Source of the DNA: Iphione sp. A-MEVVRFRX5
Lineage: Eukaryota
Assembly (NCBI GenBank): GCA_976226885.1
Contig: OZ320315.1
Coordinates: 84,382,001-84,446,000, forward strand
Length of the DNA stretch: 64,000 bases
Direction of reading: 5' to 3'
The stretch's first letter is position 1; every line of letters begins with the position of its first letter. Positions 52,601 through 64,000 of this stretch are shown piece after piece. The translations under genes were made by a program, and so were the position numbers. The notes beneath the pieces were generated by a model. That model made no database searches. It was not told the DNA's origin and worked only from the letters and a program-made list of their open reading frames with translations.

Positions 52601-53925
52601 TGAGCTGTTTTATGAGTGCTCTCTTTGCCTCGGGACTCGCATGAATCATCGGCAGCCGGCGAGTTCACACCTAGGCAAACAAGGTGTCCTAATAAAGGCA
52701 CCTTAATTAGATAGGTGGGACTGATTAGTTTTTAGATGAGGACATAATCACCGCGAAACCGAGCTATGGCGCAAGTCAGTGAAAGGAGCCCTACTAGAAA
52801 TACAAGTTAGGACACCTTTCGCCTGGATTAATACCATATTTATAAAAGAAAAAGGCATTTGTAGAGTAAGATCAGGACATTATCTCTAACACCCCTGTCC
52901 CTCTCCTTAGATCTGTGGAGAAGTAACGCCCTGTGGAAGGCATGCCTCCTAACGTACTGTTAGAGCCTGTAGGTGCCAATGTGAAGAGTCCATAGTAACA
53001 GGAGACGGCCATACAGCAGTACATGGAACACAGATAACGTCAGTATATCGTCAGGCTGGGGAGGATTGTTTTATGTAGGCTTTGATTTACAGCAGGCCGT
53101 ACGATAATCATGTAAGGGGGGGGGGGGGGCCCAGTCGAGTGGTGTCTTGCCAGGACCCTCTCCATGGCGGCAAGCTTTGATGATCCAGACAGGATTTATT
53201 ACTTTATAGGTCATCAGGTACGTCGGTGCGAGCTACTCAAGCCTACCTCTGACAGGGCCATAACCGGCGTGGAGATGGAAATGGAGAGGACTTTACATCA
53301 CTTGTCCCGGTGGTAAAATATGAGATGCTTGCTCTCGAATGAGTAGACAATAGGCTCAGCTACACGCAGTCGTGCGCCAGCATTCGCAAGTGTATCGTAA
53401 ACTGGTGTAGACGCCAATACAAATCTTTCAGTAGTTCTTTCTTTCTTTCATCGTCTAAGGCCCGTACGTGCACTTGGCTTCTATAATACATATGAGTTTT
53501 CAAGGACTGGTTCGTCCAGTGGGAAATAACATTTAGCGCAATATGTATGTTATTACGCATTGAGCCACTGGCATGCACGATGAGGGCGTGCTGTGAATGG
53601 TTCATCAATCAGGTGTGAAGAGAATGATACCGGGGACTGATGGACTAAAAATGGAATGTGTGCGTAGTAGAAACCCTTCCCGGAACGTGAACTTTTGTGC
53701 TCGGCCTCCCGCTCTGCCCCGACAGTTCCAAGCCAGGCAGGAGGCGGGAGCAGACGAAGCCCTGCGTGTGCGCCTGCCGCGTCCAGCGAGCAGCTCAGGG
53801 TGAGATCAACGTGCGTCGCCGTGTAAAACAAACATGGGCCTCGCACCATTACCCACCTCCAAACAGGACGCCCCCTGCGCGCGCTGGACGCCGCCTCGCG
53901 CCTCGCTCGTGGGATCAAAGGCGGT

Positions 53926-54604
53926 CACCAGGGGGCAGGCTGGGCGCCGGGCGCCAGAGGCACGCTGGGTAATTGGGGGAAGCTGTAAAGGCTAAGATTA
54001 GGATCGCCGAGTACGATGTGCAGGTCGAGGGGCTCCACTCGCAAGGATCCACGTCGGGCTTTCTCGTTCAGGTCAACTGGACTTGACAGGTCGGATGTGG
54101 TGCTGAGCCATTCGGGGAAGCAACATGAAGACTGCTACGGCTCTCTTGTATCAGTTCCGTGAACAATCCCAAATCATCTTGTTCATTCCGATCGGAAAAT
54201 ACTAACTCTTTGAGAAATCTTGTTTTCAGTGATTCATACACTCTCGATACTGTATGTTTCTTGTGGGTACATGTACATGTACATGCATTTGTATACACGT
54301 GCATTTTTGCATATTTTCAATGATCAAATGTACTTACTACAATTTGAATAAAAGTATAATATATTCGTACATTATTATATGCATATCTATGTAGATAATT
54401 AAAACATTTGTATCTAGTTATAATATAATCACGTATACATGTATATTAACAAATTATTGAAAAGTTTAAAAAAAAAAAAAAAATCCTAGTTTCCAGGCAC
54501 GTAACCCTGCAGGGGCGCCTACTGTGGCTTTATCAAATGACGGAAGAGGGCGCCATTGTCGTGGTAGTAGTGGATTGACTCGGCTCCTAAACACCAGGGG
54601 GCGG
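53926..54604 (+). promoter_or_regulatory. Pair of strong co-oriented CTCF motifs with weaker ones between
   Basis: CACCAGGGGGCAG at 53926 and CACCAGGGGGCGG at 54592. Partial matches cctgcaggggcgcc and gaagagggcgcc lie between. Confidence 0.5.
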
Positions 54605-54915
54605 TACGTGCCGATCTTGCCGTCCTGAGTTCTTCTCTATCGATGAACACCAAAACTGAATGAGATCCATAAGCTTAAGTAAAAAATATATGTAACATTT
54701 GACTATTAAATCTAATTACTTCACCTACTGGTTTTTGTGCGACGAGTGTTTTCATCCCGTAATTCACACATATATATCTCAGCTAAGGTATTAGGTATTG
54801 AATATTCCCGCAGCATTTTCCCATACAGTGTCATAAAAATGTAAAACAAAAATATAAACTTCCCATATTTGCCATGGGTGTCGGTATGAAGATTCTCAGA
54901 ATATGTCTCACTCAC

Positions 54916-54926
54916 CTCGTCTGGAT
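54916..54926 (-). CDS. Candidate 11-nt microexon ATCCAGACGAG
   Basis: Acceptor ctgatgtttttcctaccatag, donor GAG|gtgagt. All three frames are open. Confidence 0.45.
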
Positions 54927-55532
54927 CTATGGTAGGAAAAACATCAGTAGCAATTGCAGGCACGGGCGTGGGGCACTTGTTTTTTGGGTAGCTGTCCGCA
55001 CTACAAATTGCGTCTTCAACTTAGCCAAATCAGAAATCAGCTTTAACCTTTCTCACATTTCCTCGGCTAGGATTTAATCCATCAGAGGAGGACATTTTTC
55101 CTCTGAAGGGGGGAATGCTCGGTCCCTCTCTTCTCTGGTTGCACCTCGGGCGAGACTTTCATCGCCCAGACAGAATGACTCTTTTTTTCTCATAGCAGCT
55201 TTACTATCCATGGGGTGTACCTGCTGAATAGACATTACTTAACATCCCAAAGCGTAGCGTCCTGGTCTGAAATACTATAAGGCATGACTGGCGGTCGTGG
55301 TGGCAAGCGTAGTAGGTGATTTGGCTGTAGTTCCCAGTGGGTCTGTTCACTTTCAATCAACGAGGTCTCGCCGCTTCATTCTGCTGTTAAGGTTCTGTTC
55401 GCTGAAAGTGGTAAGCTGTGTTCTAGCACAGTGCAACGCCAGGCTGACTACAGCATGGCCCACTACTGGCCTCCACGCCAGGCACTACCACACCATTTAC
55501 CTCCAGTTGACCAGATTTTGGTCTCTGTGTAA

Positions 55533-56149
55533 GGCCCGGTTTCCATACCTGCGGCGATGTCTGTTGGTATACGTGTGCGTTTCAGTGCGGTAAACGCATC
55601 AATGGGGTGTACATGCCTGTTTCCGCACGGCAACGCAGGGGTGTCCCCTACCAGTGCGTAACGATGCGTGCGTTGGTGTGCGTATATCATCAGGAAAATA
55701 CGAAAAACGGCAAAAATGTGCGGAAAAACGGCTAAATTCATGCAAATTGTCCCGAAAACGGCTTATTTCATGCAAATTCGGCCAAAAAACAGCAAATTTC
55801 ATGCAAATTGTCCCGAAAAAGGCTAATTTCATGCAAATTGTCCCGAAAAATGGCAAAAATGTGCGGAAAAATTCGGGAAAAAGATGACATTGTGCGGAAA
55901 TGTGCGGTATCATCAGTCAAAAGTCAGTAAAAGTCAGTAAATGTCAGTAAAACCAAGGAAACCCCAGTGCGTTGCCCTGCGTGTGCGGTAAATTTACGGG
56001 AACGGTCCGAAAACCGGCCACGCACAGCCACGCACATGGACGGCAACGCACGTAAGGAACACCCCTGGTTAAAATGAACGGGACAGTAAAATCGGTGCGT
56101 TTCCCGCACCACAACGCACGCATAGCTACGCACATAAGGAAACCGGGCC
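55533..56149. mobile_element. Non-autonomous PIF/Harbinger-type MITE (617 bp)
   Basis: TIRs GGCCCGGTTTCC...GGAAACCGGGCC (12 bp perfect, 18/21 extended). TAA target-site duplication on both sides (55530-55532, 56150-56152). No coding capacity. Confidence 0.85.
55731..55850 (+). repeat. Four-copy ~30-bp minisatellite inside the MITE, each copy with ATGCAAAT
   Basis: Unit roughly ggctaatttcATGCAAATtgtcccgaaaaa, with octamers at 55740, 55770, 55801 and 55831. Confidence 0.9.
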
Positions 56150-58033
56150 TAATTGTAGTAACGTAGTTCGGACAGCGTGGGCGGTTGTTTTCTGCTAATG
56201 TCAAATAAGGCTACATAAAAAAAAACCGTAGGAAAGTAAAACTGAGTGCTCTGGGGTTTTATTTTTTTAGCATGGGCAATAATGGGTTCATGCGCCTATC
56301 TGAAGCTATATTTTTAAAAAAAATGACATGCAAATACATGTAATCTATATAAAGATTTATAGCACAGGATATGCCTGTGGCAAACTAATAACGGACTCCT
56401 GAGATACGTGTACAGGTTTCTACAGCACAAACTCTTCAACAAAGGCGAATCCGGCTTCTACACTGGGTCGGCGATAAGAGTACGTAAGCGATTGGACAAT
56501 TCGGCAACTTGACAAGGCAGCGACAAGACACTTTCAAGATCTTTCCCCCTGTCTCTAACTTGACCTCTTCAGCTCTTTGCTGCACCCATTCCACCAAAAC
56601 ACGGAGGTAATAACCGTTATGTAAAGAGACGCTAACTCTTTCTAGTATATACATGTACCGGTATATCGATCAGAGACTAATAGACCTACATGTACATGCA
56701 TATAATTGACTAGACCTTACAACAGTAAATTACTTATTGAATATGGATCAAACTTGGCATTTGATTCATTTTTTCCTATCTTATTTGGATTTCCCTGGTG
56801 CACCCCTGGCGACAATATAATAAATGGCTCAAGGGACTGGTTCACAGTGTGCCGGAGGGCCGCCAGGTGGACAAGTACTGACCACTCATCACGTGACCTG
56901 GCATGACACTTCAAAGGCCGTTCTGACCGAGTTCTGTCACCATAGAAACCTTCTGATTCACTAACGGTTTTAATCGTATCAGTCCACTGGTATGATGAAT
57001 TGTTTGTGGTGAGCGGAGAAAACGATAGCACCATGTTGCGGACGTGACAGGGCCTGGGAGGTGGATGGGGCGATGGGAGGGCGGGGGGTGCCGTCTGACT
57101 GATAGATCTATATGGTTGGTAATCTTGTTCATTGAGGATCAAGGTTAACATGTCCCCGTAAATATACATTCTGACCGACTAATAGATATCTCTCTTGACA
57201 TGTAGACCCTTTCAAATGTGTGTCAGAAAAGGGGTTCTGGGTCAGTGAACTGAACAACTGGAAATGTATACAGCGGTAATGTTGACTTCGTGGAAAGCAC
57301 TTTGTCCTGCGCATTCTAAAGCAAACAATATTTACTCCTGCGATGTGGCATTTTGCTAAAAATAAAATACATTGTACGCCACCTCCACCAACCTGTCAAT
57401 CTGGACATGTTTCCTCTTGTCTTACGCTTGTCGTTTTCAGTGTAGGTATGTATTCCCTGATTGTAACAGACAAGCACGAACCATAAATAAACTCGACTTT
57501 ATGCATTGATCTATGGGAAGAATGGCGAACTCGGCGATGAGGGTCATGCTTAAGGTTAGAATTGGGACTGGGAGTTTGTATTAGCATCAGGATGATGGTT
57601 GTGGTTCAGCACAATAGAAGTCGTGTTGTTGAGTTGTGTCACTGAGTTGCAGTGGCGATGAGTTGTCGTGTTTCCAAGTGGTCCTTGAACCGATCAATAT
57701 GATGTAGACATGGATATAGAATTCGTACACTCTGCAGGGGCCCCATAGAATTGATCATTATCATAGCCATGACGTATTCCTATATATGTGTTTTAGTATT
57801 TTCGCGTCTTGTCACTCACTTCAGTCGAGTGAGATGCTTTATAGATATCTTTTTGAAAAGGTGTCTTGTGAGGATTATATACACCTCTAAAAGGTTTGGG
57901 AAATGAATGGTCCAAGATGCAGGTGCAACGTGTTATCTCCGTATGTGGCGGTGCCGCCGGTCAGAGGTCAGGGAGTACTTTAGTAAATGAAGACGACCTC
58001 GCTAATCTCGGTTGGCGTTCTTCGGATGCTTAC

Positions 58034-58091
58034 CACCTCCGTGAGACTACCCACATATGTACAACCATCCAAATCACCGGGTTCACTGCGG
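58034..58091 (-). CDS. Candidate 58-nt exon (RSEPGDLDGCTYVGSLTEV)
   Basis: Acceptor tttatccctgattgtag, donor GTG|gtaagc, open in phase 2-0. Confidence 0.2.
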
Positions 58092-60630
58092 CTACAATCA
58101 GGGATAAACCTACATGTATTTCGTACAACAGTAGAACGGTATGTACATTGTACAAGTATGTACATGTATACCGGTTCCTATATTGATCCGTACAAGTTTA
58201 TGTGTAATAAATATATGCGTGTATGGTTTTTGCTTGTCCCCTGAAACAAGGCATGAACTCCTTGCAGCACTAGAAATCACATGAAGATTTATTCAGCCTC
58301 GATTTCGACCAAATATTATAATGTAACCTCTAATATGATAGCCTAAGGGTTAGTTTTACCTCGCCAAAACTCTGCCACAGACAGGTAGACAAATACAAGT
58401 CTTGTATGTCCATTTTAGCTATTACATGTATTTTTAGCATCAATCTTAAAGTGCGGTAAATTTTTGGTAATGCTGTAAGTTCGTACAGCTTAGGCTATTG
58501 CTGCAGTGCTGTCCGGTAAGTTCAGTTGAACGCATTCATTGTAAGTAGAAGTTCCATATTTTAAGTCTAGTTAAGTTATAATGTTGATCATTTTGGGAAA
58601 TATCTCCCTGAGCTTCACCAGTAGCGAGGCGAATGATGCAACTTGTTAATTCGAGGGCAAAGAAGCACACATTTGTTTTCGTCTGTACCAACAACACATT
58701 AACATACTATTCCAGAACTTTATTCATAAAACCCCGCTACGTTCTGTAGGAATGGAAGCAAGACTTTGCTGGATGGAAATGATTAACAGAATCCCAGGGC
58801 AAACATTATCTCTAATGGTGTCCATTGTCCCTGCCTGGTCACCTTGGCAGCACCCTGCCCACCAATCGTGGCACAAGCCATGCCCCGTGCATAGTGTCCC
58901 TGACTGACCGTCCTTCCTTCTCTTGTTACCATTGGCTACAATAGGGTGTCCAGACGTAGAGATAACATTGTGACCCCGGGGGTCAATTACCGTCCACCTC
59001 CAACATCAGAGCCCTTCTGCCGAACAATAACCCGCGTGGGCAAGTTTAACAGGAAAGAAGTACATGTAGCGTCAGGGTGCAACATAAACATACACATTGT
59101 TCCGATTCGTGAGCAGATATGTATTTGTCTTCTTTCTGATATAAAAAAAGTTTTTCCAGGGAAATATTTTCCGGAAGATTCAACTTTGGGATGCGATTTC
59201 TTCCACGGAGCTCCTATCGACGTCCAATACCGGATGTATTTAAGAACTGGCCGTGCTTGAAGCGATCTGACACCCTGACCAGCCCATTTCCAGCAGCGAC
59301 AGTCACTGTAATGTTCAAACATCAAAGGCGCGTTCAACTGGACCCAATTTCCAATAATACGGTCATTACGGTAGAGTACCCAGCGCCCATTGCAGGTCTT
59401 TCTGCCCTCAATCCCGCCACCTCGCGGCTTTTTGTTTGCGGCCCCCACTGGGCCCTGTCTGGAATTAGTGACGTGAGACCTCACGCTAGATGATAACCTT
59501 CATGCCGGTCTCTGACCTTGATCTCTGACCCCTGGTAATTGCTTCGTCGTTGACGATTGATTTAGAATATTTCACTTCCCTCAATACGAGCTGTCCTCGT
59601 GATGAATTCAACTTTCTATCATGGCGCTACTTGAAACCGTCTCTCGATAACGCACCGTCTTTGTTTATAGCAGAAGGTCCGCTTAACGGGTCGAGAGCAT
59701 ATCAATCCCCGACATCTGTAATTTGCACCGTCCAATGATAATCATAGTGTCCGAGCGGCGACGGTCATACAGCAGGTCAGACGGATACGCTTCACTAATT
59801 AGGAAGCAATTAGTTCACTAATTGATGGACTTCTTATCTCTCGTTACGCATGCATTGATCATGCGGACGGCGTAGCAGGGTCGGGGCAAGATCATCGGGT
59901 GATTCCGCTTTTGAAAAGTTCATGGCCTTTCTTCGGTAGACGCGACCGACCCTGACCAGGCAAAAACATCTGGAGTTTGGAGTGACATCGCCCCTCAGCG
60001 CGTCTAGGTTTGGGGAGGAAAAAATCTGTGATAATTTATTAAGTCTTGTAAAATTGGTCAACCTCACTTTACATTAAAAAATACATGGGAAACTTTGCAG
60101 TATTCGAGTAAAATTTTCAAGTTTAGACATCTCAAGTTTAACCATATCATCATTCCCTGGTATACAAATGATTCTCTATAAAAGGGACCAAAACCGTTCT
60201 TTCTGGAATAGCGGTTACCGGTATAAAGCTTTACAGAGAGGCTTTTAAGCAAACCCGGGCGCCAGTGATTTAAATGAATGCAGACGCAGCACGAGTAAGG
60301 AAGAATGTTTAAGTACCTTTCAGCATTAATCACTCACTGCTGACCAGAGTCCAAACAGCTGTCGCGTGTGGATGTCGCCAAGTCTCCTCACCAGATGTCA
60401 GTGCTTGTATCATTCCAGACGCGCCTTTTGCTTACGTCATGTTACGGTTAATCAACCTTCCACTTTCGTCAGACTAGACATGGACATCCGCAGATTTCCA
60501 ACGTACAAGACCATATGGTTATTTTCATCTGCCGCCTTGTTTAAGTGTTTAAGCTGGAGTGAATGCAAACTTGTCTCTGAATGTGGATGTGTAAATATCG
60601 AGAAATGCGATCGAGCCCTGGTAAATACAC

Positions 60631-60643
60631 GTCTGTCTGTCTA

Positions 60644-60720
<77 letters not shown>
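60631..60720 (+). repeat. Compound (TCTG)n(CT)n microsatellite
   Basis: Read directly. Confidence 0.95.
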
Positions 60721-60721
<1 letters not shown>

Positions 60722-63007
60722 TTTTTCCCTTTCCCTCCCCCTTTCTGTGTCTCATGTACCTTCACAGTTACTCCGGAGACCTCCCATTCATATGAAGTAT
60801 TGTTTTTATGCCCATCAACATCCTATGACTGGCTTAAAACATACATGTCTACATCTGCCCCAGCACTGAACATAACATGGAGAGGATAAAAACACGACTT
60901 CCTGTACACCCCAACGTGTGTGTGATGTTGGCCCAATCACATCGTAAGCGAGTGGATCATTTTATGGTCCCTTTGTCACCCTAGGCGCGAATGGTTGTCA
61001 CCCCCGCGTCATTTACAAAGCTTGTGAAGTATATATTTAGAACTATGGAGGACGCATGCATGTAATGACAATCGACAAACAGGAGCAGTGCAGACGGCTG
61101 GATGCCCTTAATTATATCTACTTTACCGCTTAATGGCTCGAATTTATCATGTTCAATCGGCTGTGGTGGATGTTTCTGTCAAGGCCTTTATGGCCTGTAT
61201 AAATCGTCATACAAGTGTTGCAGTTCTAACAATGCTAAAACACCCTGACCTAAACGATAGACTTTATCCCTTATACCAAGACTATCTCCCTCACAAACTC
61301 TTCTATAGCAACCCAGATATAAATATGCGGCAATGACTCTTGCTTTTAAATTAAATCAATACAATAGTCATTCATAGAAAGTAATAAACTTTATCAATTC
61401 TAACACTGAAATTGCTGCAATGCAGGACTTCCTTGGATAACAGTTATAACTATAAATCGGGAAAACTCTGTATGTTGCCCTCTTATTATAGATGAGATGG
61501 CACTGCGCCTACATGCAACTCAAATTTCTTTAAATCACAAACCAAAGTACAAAATATTAAAATTTGTCCTGCACCATTATATACATAATCAGTAGTCGTC
61601 AGTGCGCCACCCACATTTGTAGTCTATAAATCATGCTGACATTTCAAAATGTATTTGGATAAGGCCCAGTTTCTTTAGCTGTGTTTGTAACAAAGAACAC
61701 CACGAGCAGGTTCTTCAAATCGTCCGGCCTTTATTTCTGAAGCACAGCATCACAGGTTACACGGTCGTCTCTGGCGGGTCCTGACTAGGGACGCGCACCT
61801 CACTCCTTATATACCAAACAGTGACGTAAACAACGCTAACGAAAGTATGCAAAGCCCGCCGCACTATCAGCAGCGGAAGTCTCATTAGACAGCACACGAT
61901 TGATCACCCATTGTGTCGACTCCAACTAGCTACAATACCGCATGCTTCTACTGATAACACCTCGTTAATTGTAATGGTCACTTCGTTAACAAGATAAGGA
62001 ACAACCTGTTTACAAGTTGGGTGTCACGTACGCCAATCGAAAAATTTAACTGTGTCTCCAGTAAAAGGTCTTTCTTTAACTGCGTATATCTGTACACTAT
62101 ACAAAACACAGTACGCCCTTCTCTCATGCGTACATTCTTAACTCATTCTGGTACTGTGTTACATGTTGATGTCTGTGAGATTGTGAGAACCATCCAGGAG
62201 CAATCTGTTTTTTCATGCAGCCTCATGCACGGGGGTGTCCTTTGAAGCTGTGTTGGGGCTGCATGAAAACTGGCAAAAATGAAGAGAAAAAGTATGGAAA
62301 GGACAGATTGGACAGGAAAAGCTGTGAAAATGACAACAAATTAGGAAAAAGGATAATTTGATGGAAAAAGTGATGAAAAACAGGGAAAACGATGTGGAAA
62401 AGTATAAAAAAAAAAAAGGACAGATTTGTGTAACTGTATGTAATTAACACGGAAAAGTGAGTAAATGTGAGTAGAAGTAAGGAAATGTAAGGAAATCTGC
62501 CTGCAACAAAAGGTATATCCTATATCCTACTGTGCGTTTGTGCATTTGTGTATTCAATTATAGGGTTGTGTTCAATAATGGACAATAGATGCCCAATGCA
62601 CTTCAGCATACACATGCACACATTACCATATAAGACACTCCACACTCTAGACAACATGATCTATTAAAATGCACACGAATGCACACCAGCACACCCTAAC
62701 ACACATGGATATCAAATGCAAGTAAGGAAAGCGGCCATTATTTTGGCATATGGTCTTTGTCTATGCATGTGATCATGTTTGAAATCTGACAAATCTGTAG
62801 GGCCTATAGCGCCCACGTGTGCACTATGTGGCCCACACATCTATTCAGGGCCTGGTAACCATTCTCTTGTGTGTGTGTGATTGTGTGTCTAGTCTTGCAT
62901 AAAGCCAACAGCAAGCGGTGTGGTATATCTGAGGTCATATGTAAACAACGTACCATATAGATTGTGTACGGGAACATATAGATTCATAACAAACCGCTAT
63001 GGAAGAA

Positions 63008-63086
<79 letters not shown>

Positions 63087-63100
63087 AAAAGACAGACAAA
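63008..63100 (+). repeat. Compound (GA)n(GACA)n microsatellite
   Basis: Read directly. Confidence 0.95.
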
Positions 63101-64000
63101 CAGTGAAAGACAGAGAGAAAATTTGTAGATGTGTAAATGAATAGCTGTTTGTGTATTGCAACCTTGTGCAAAATAAGTGTATGAAACAGATATTATATAC
63201 CGAATTCAAGTAGACTGTATGCACAACGCAATATACAAAGTTACCCACAAATAGAAGAAGGGAATACATTTAGATATTTTAGGCATAGTCTACTACACCT
63301 GATATACAGTCAACTGTGATCATCACTTAGTTCCAGTCAAAAGTGGTTTTAGTGAGTTTGGTCGCAAATAGGTAACTTAATTATGGAAATCCATACTTCT
63401 GTTCCCATCTAAAATGGTCTGAAATAGAATTTGTCACGAATTGATGTGGTCATAAATAGAGTTTTAACTGTACAGATTTTCACTCACTGTTCCAAATAAC
63501 TAGGTTCTTTGTACAAGCATTGTATGCAGAGTATTTGTCTCATTCTTCAGTATTCTAGAGGTCCATCCATCCATGCAAAACTAATGGATGTAGCTTTTCT
63601 ATAACTAAAAAGTTGTGCCTTCACATTTCGATGGGATGTTCCTCTCTATGGACTTTGCAAGCAGACTTGAATTTGTAATGCCTGAGAAATCCATGATCCC
63701 CGGTAAAGATTCCTGCAGACAGGTTTTGAGAATTTCTATCAGATTCAACTCAAGTAACCTGCGAAGCACCACATTCCTCACTGAACCGAACATATTTTGG
63801 TATAGCAAATCATTGCTTCTCCTTCTCAGTGTTAAGATTATCTGAATTACACTGGCTTGTACCATTTACCCTGAAACACGCCGGGTTCAGTTGAGTGGAG
63901 TCAACTGTGAATTATGTCAACCTGTTTTCAAATTTCTCAACACTTAAAACATGACCGAATACTGCAGCATTTCTCAAACAGTCCCACACATCTGTAATTT

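Noticed and set aside
53299-53311. CACTTGTCCCGG similar to the 3' part of miR-92, and AAGGCAC near 28381 similar to the miR-124 seed
   Set aside because: The seed or the rest of the mature sequence does not match, and I saw no precursor hairpin.
55599-55913. ORFs with repeated FMQIVPK / CMKFA units
   Set aside because: These are translations of the MITE internal minisatellite, not a transposase.
63605-63865. 86-aa ORF with a helical-looking stretch
   Set aside because: No recognisable family, and its length is within the chance range.
1-64000. The many remaining 60-170 aa ORFs in the track
   Set aside because: They have alternative starts, overlap on both strands, and lack recognisable domains or consistent splice signals, as expected for non-coding eukaryotic DNA.

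Overview
Eukaryotic, almost entirely non-coding DNA. It has moderate GC, plentiful CpG, homopolymer G/C runs, (GA)n/(GACA)n microsatellites and TACATG repeats. The overall look suggests an invertebrate deuterostome such as amphioxus, but this is an impression and is not verified. I found no rRNA, tRNA, CRISPR array or intact transposase/RT. The best-supported reading is that the window lies inside one very large minus-strand gene, which I could not name. It has one big low-complexity coding exon (12408-13745) and a series of very small exons (7-61 nt) with strong splice signals that can be joined in frame across more than 30 kb. It also has two YAG|GTAAGT junctions that look like recursive splice sites with RS-exons (22867, 49619) and several candidate alternative first exons. 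Other supported features: a PIF/Harbinger-type MITE (55533-56149) carrying four phased octamer sites, a tandem duplication containing microsatellites (43513-44058), candidate antisense plus-strand exons that join into a 97-aa ORF, a small signal-peptide-like ORF, and clusters of CTCF, RFX, nuclear-receptor, CRE and Pbx/Meis motifs. All exon calls come from manual splice-signal reading and need RNA evidence.
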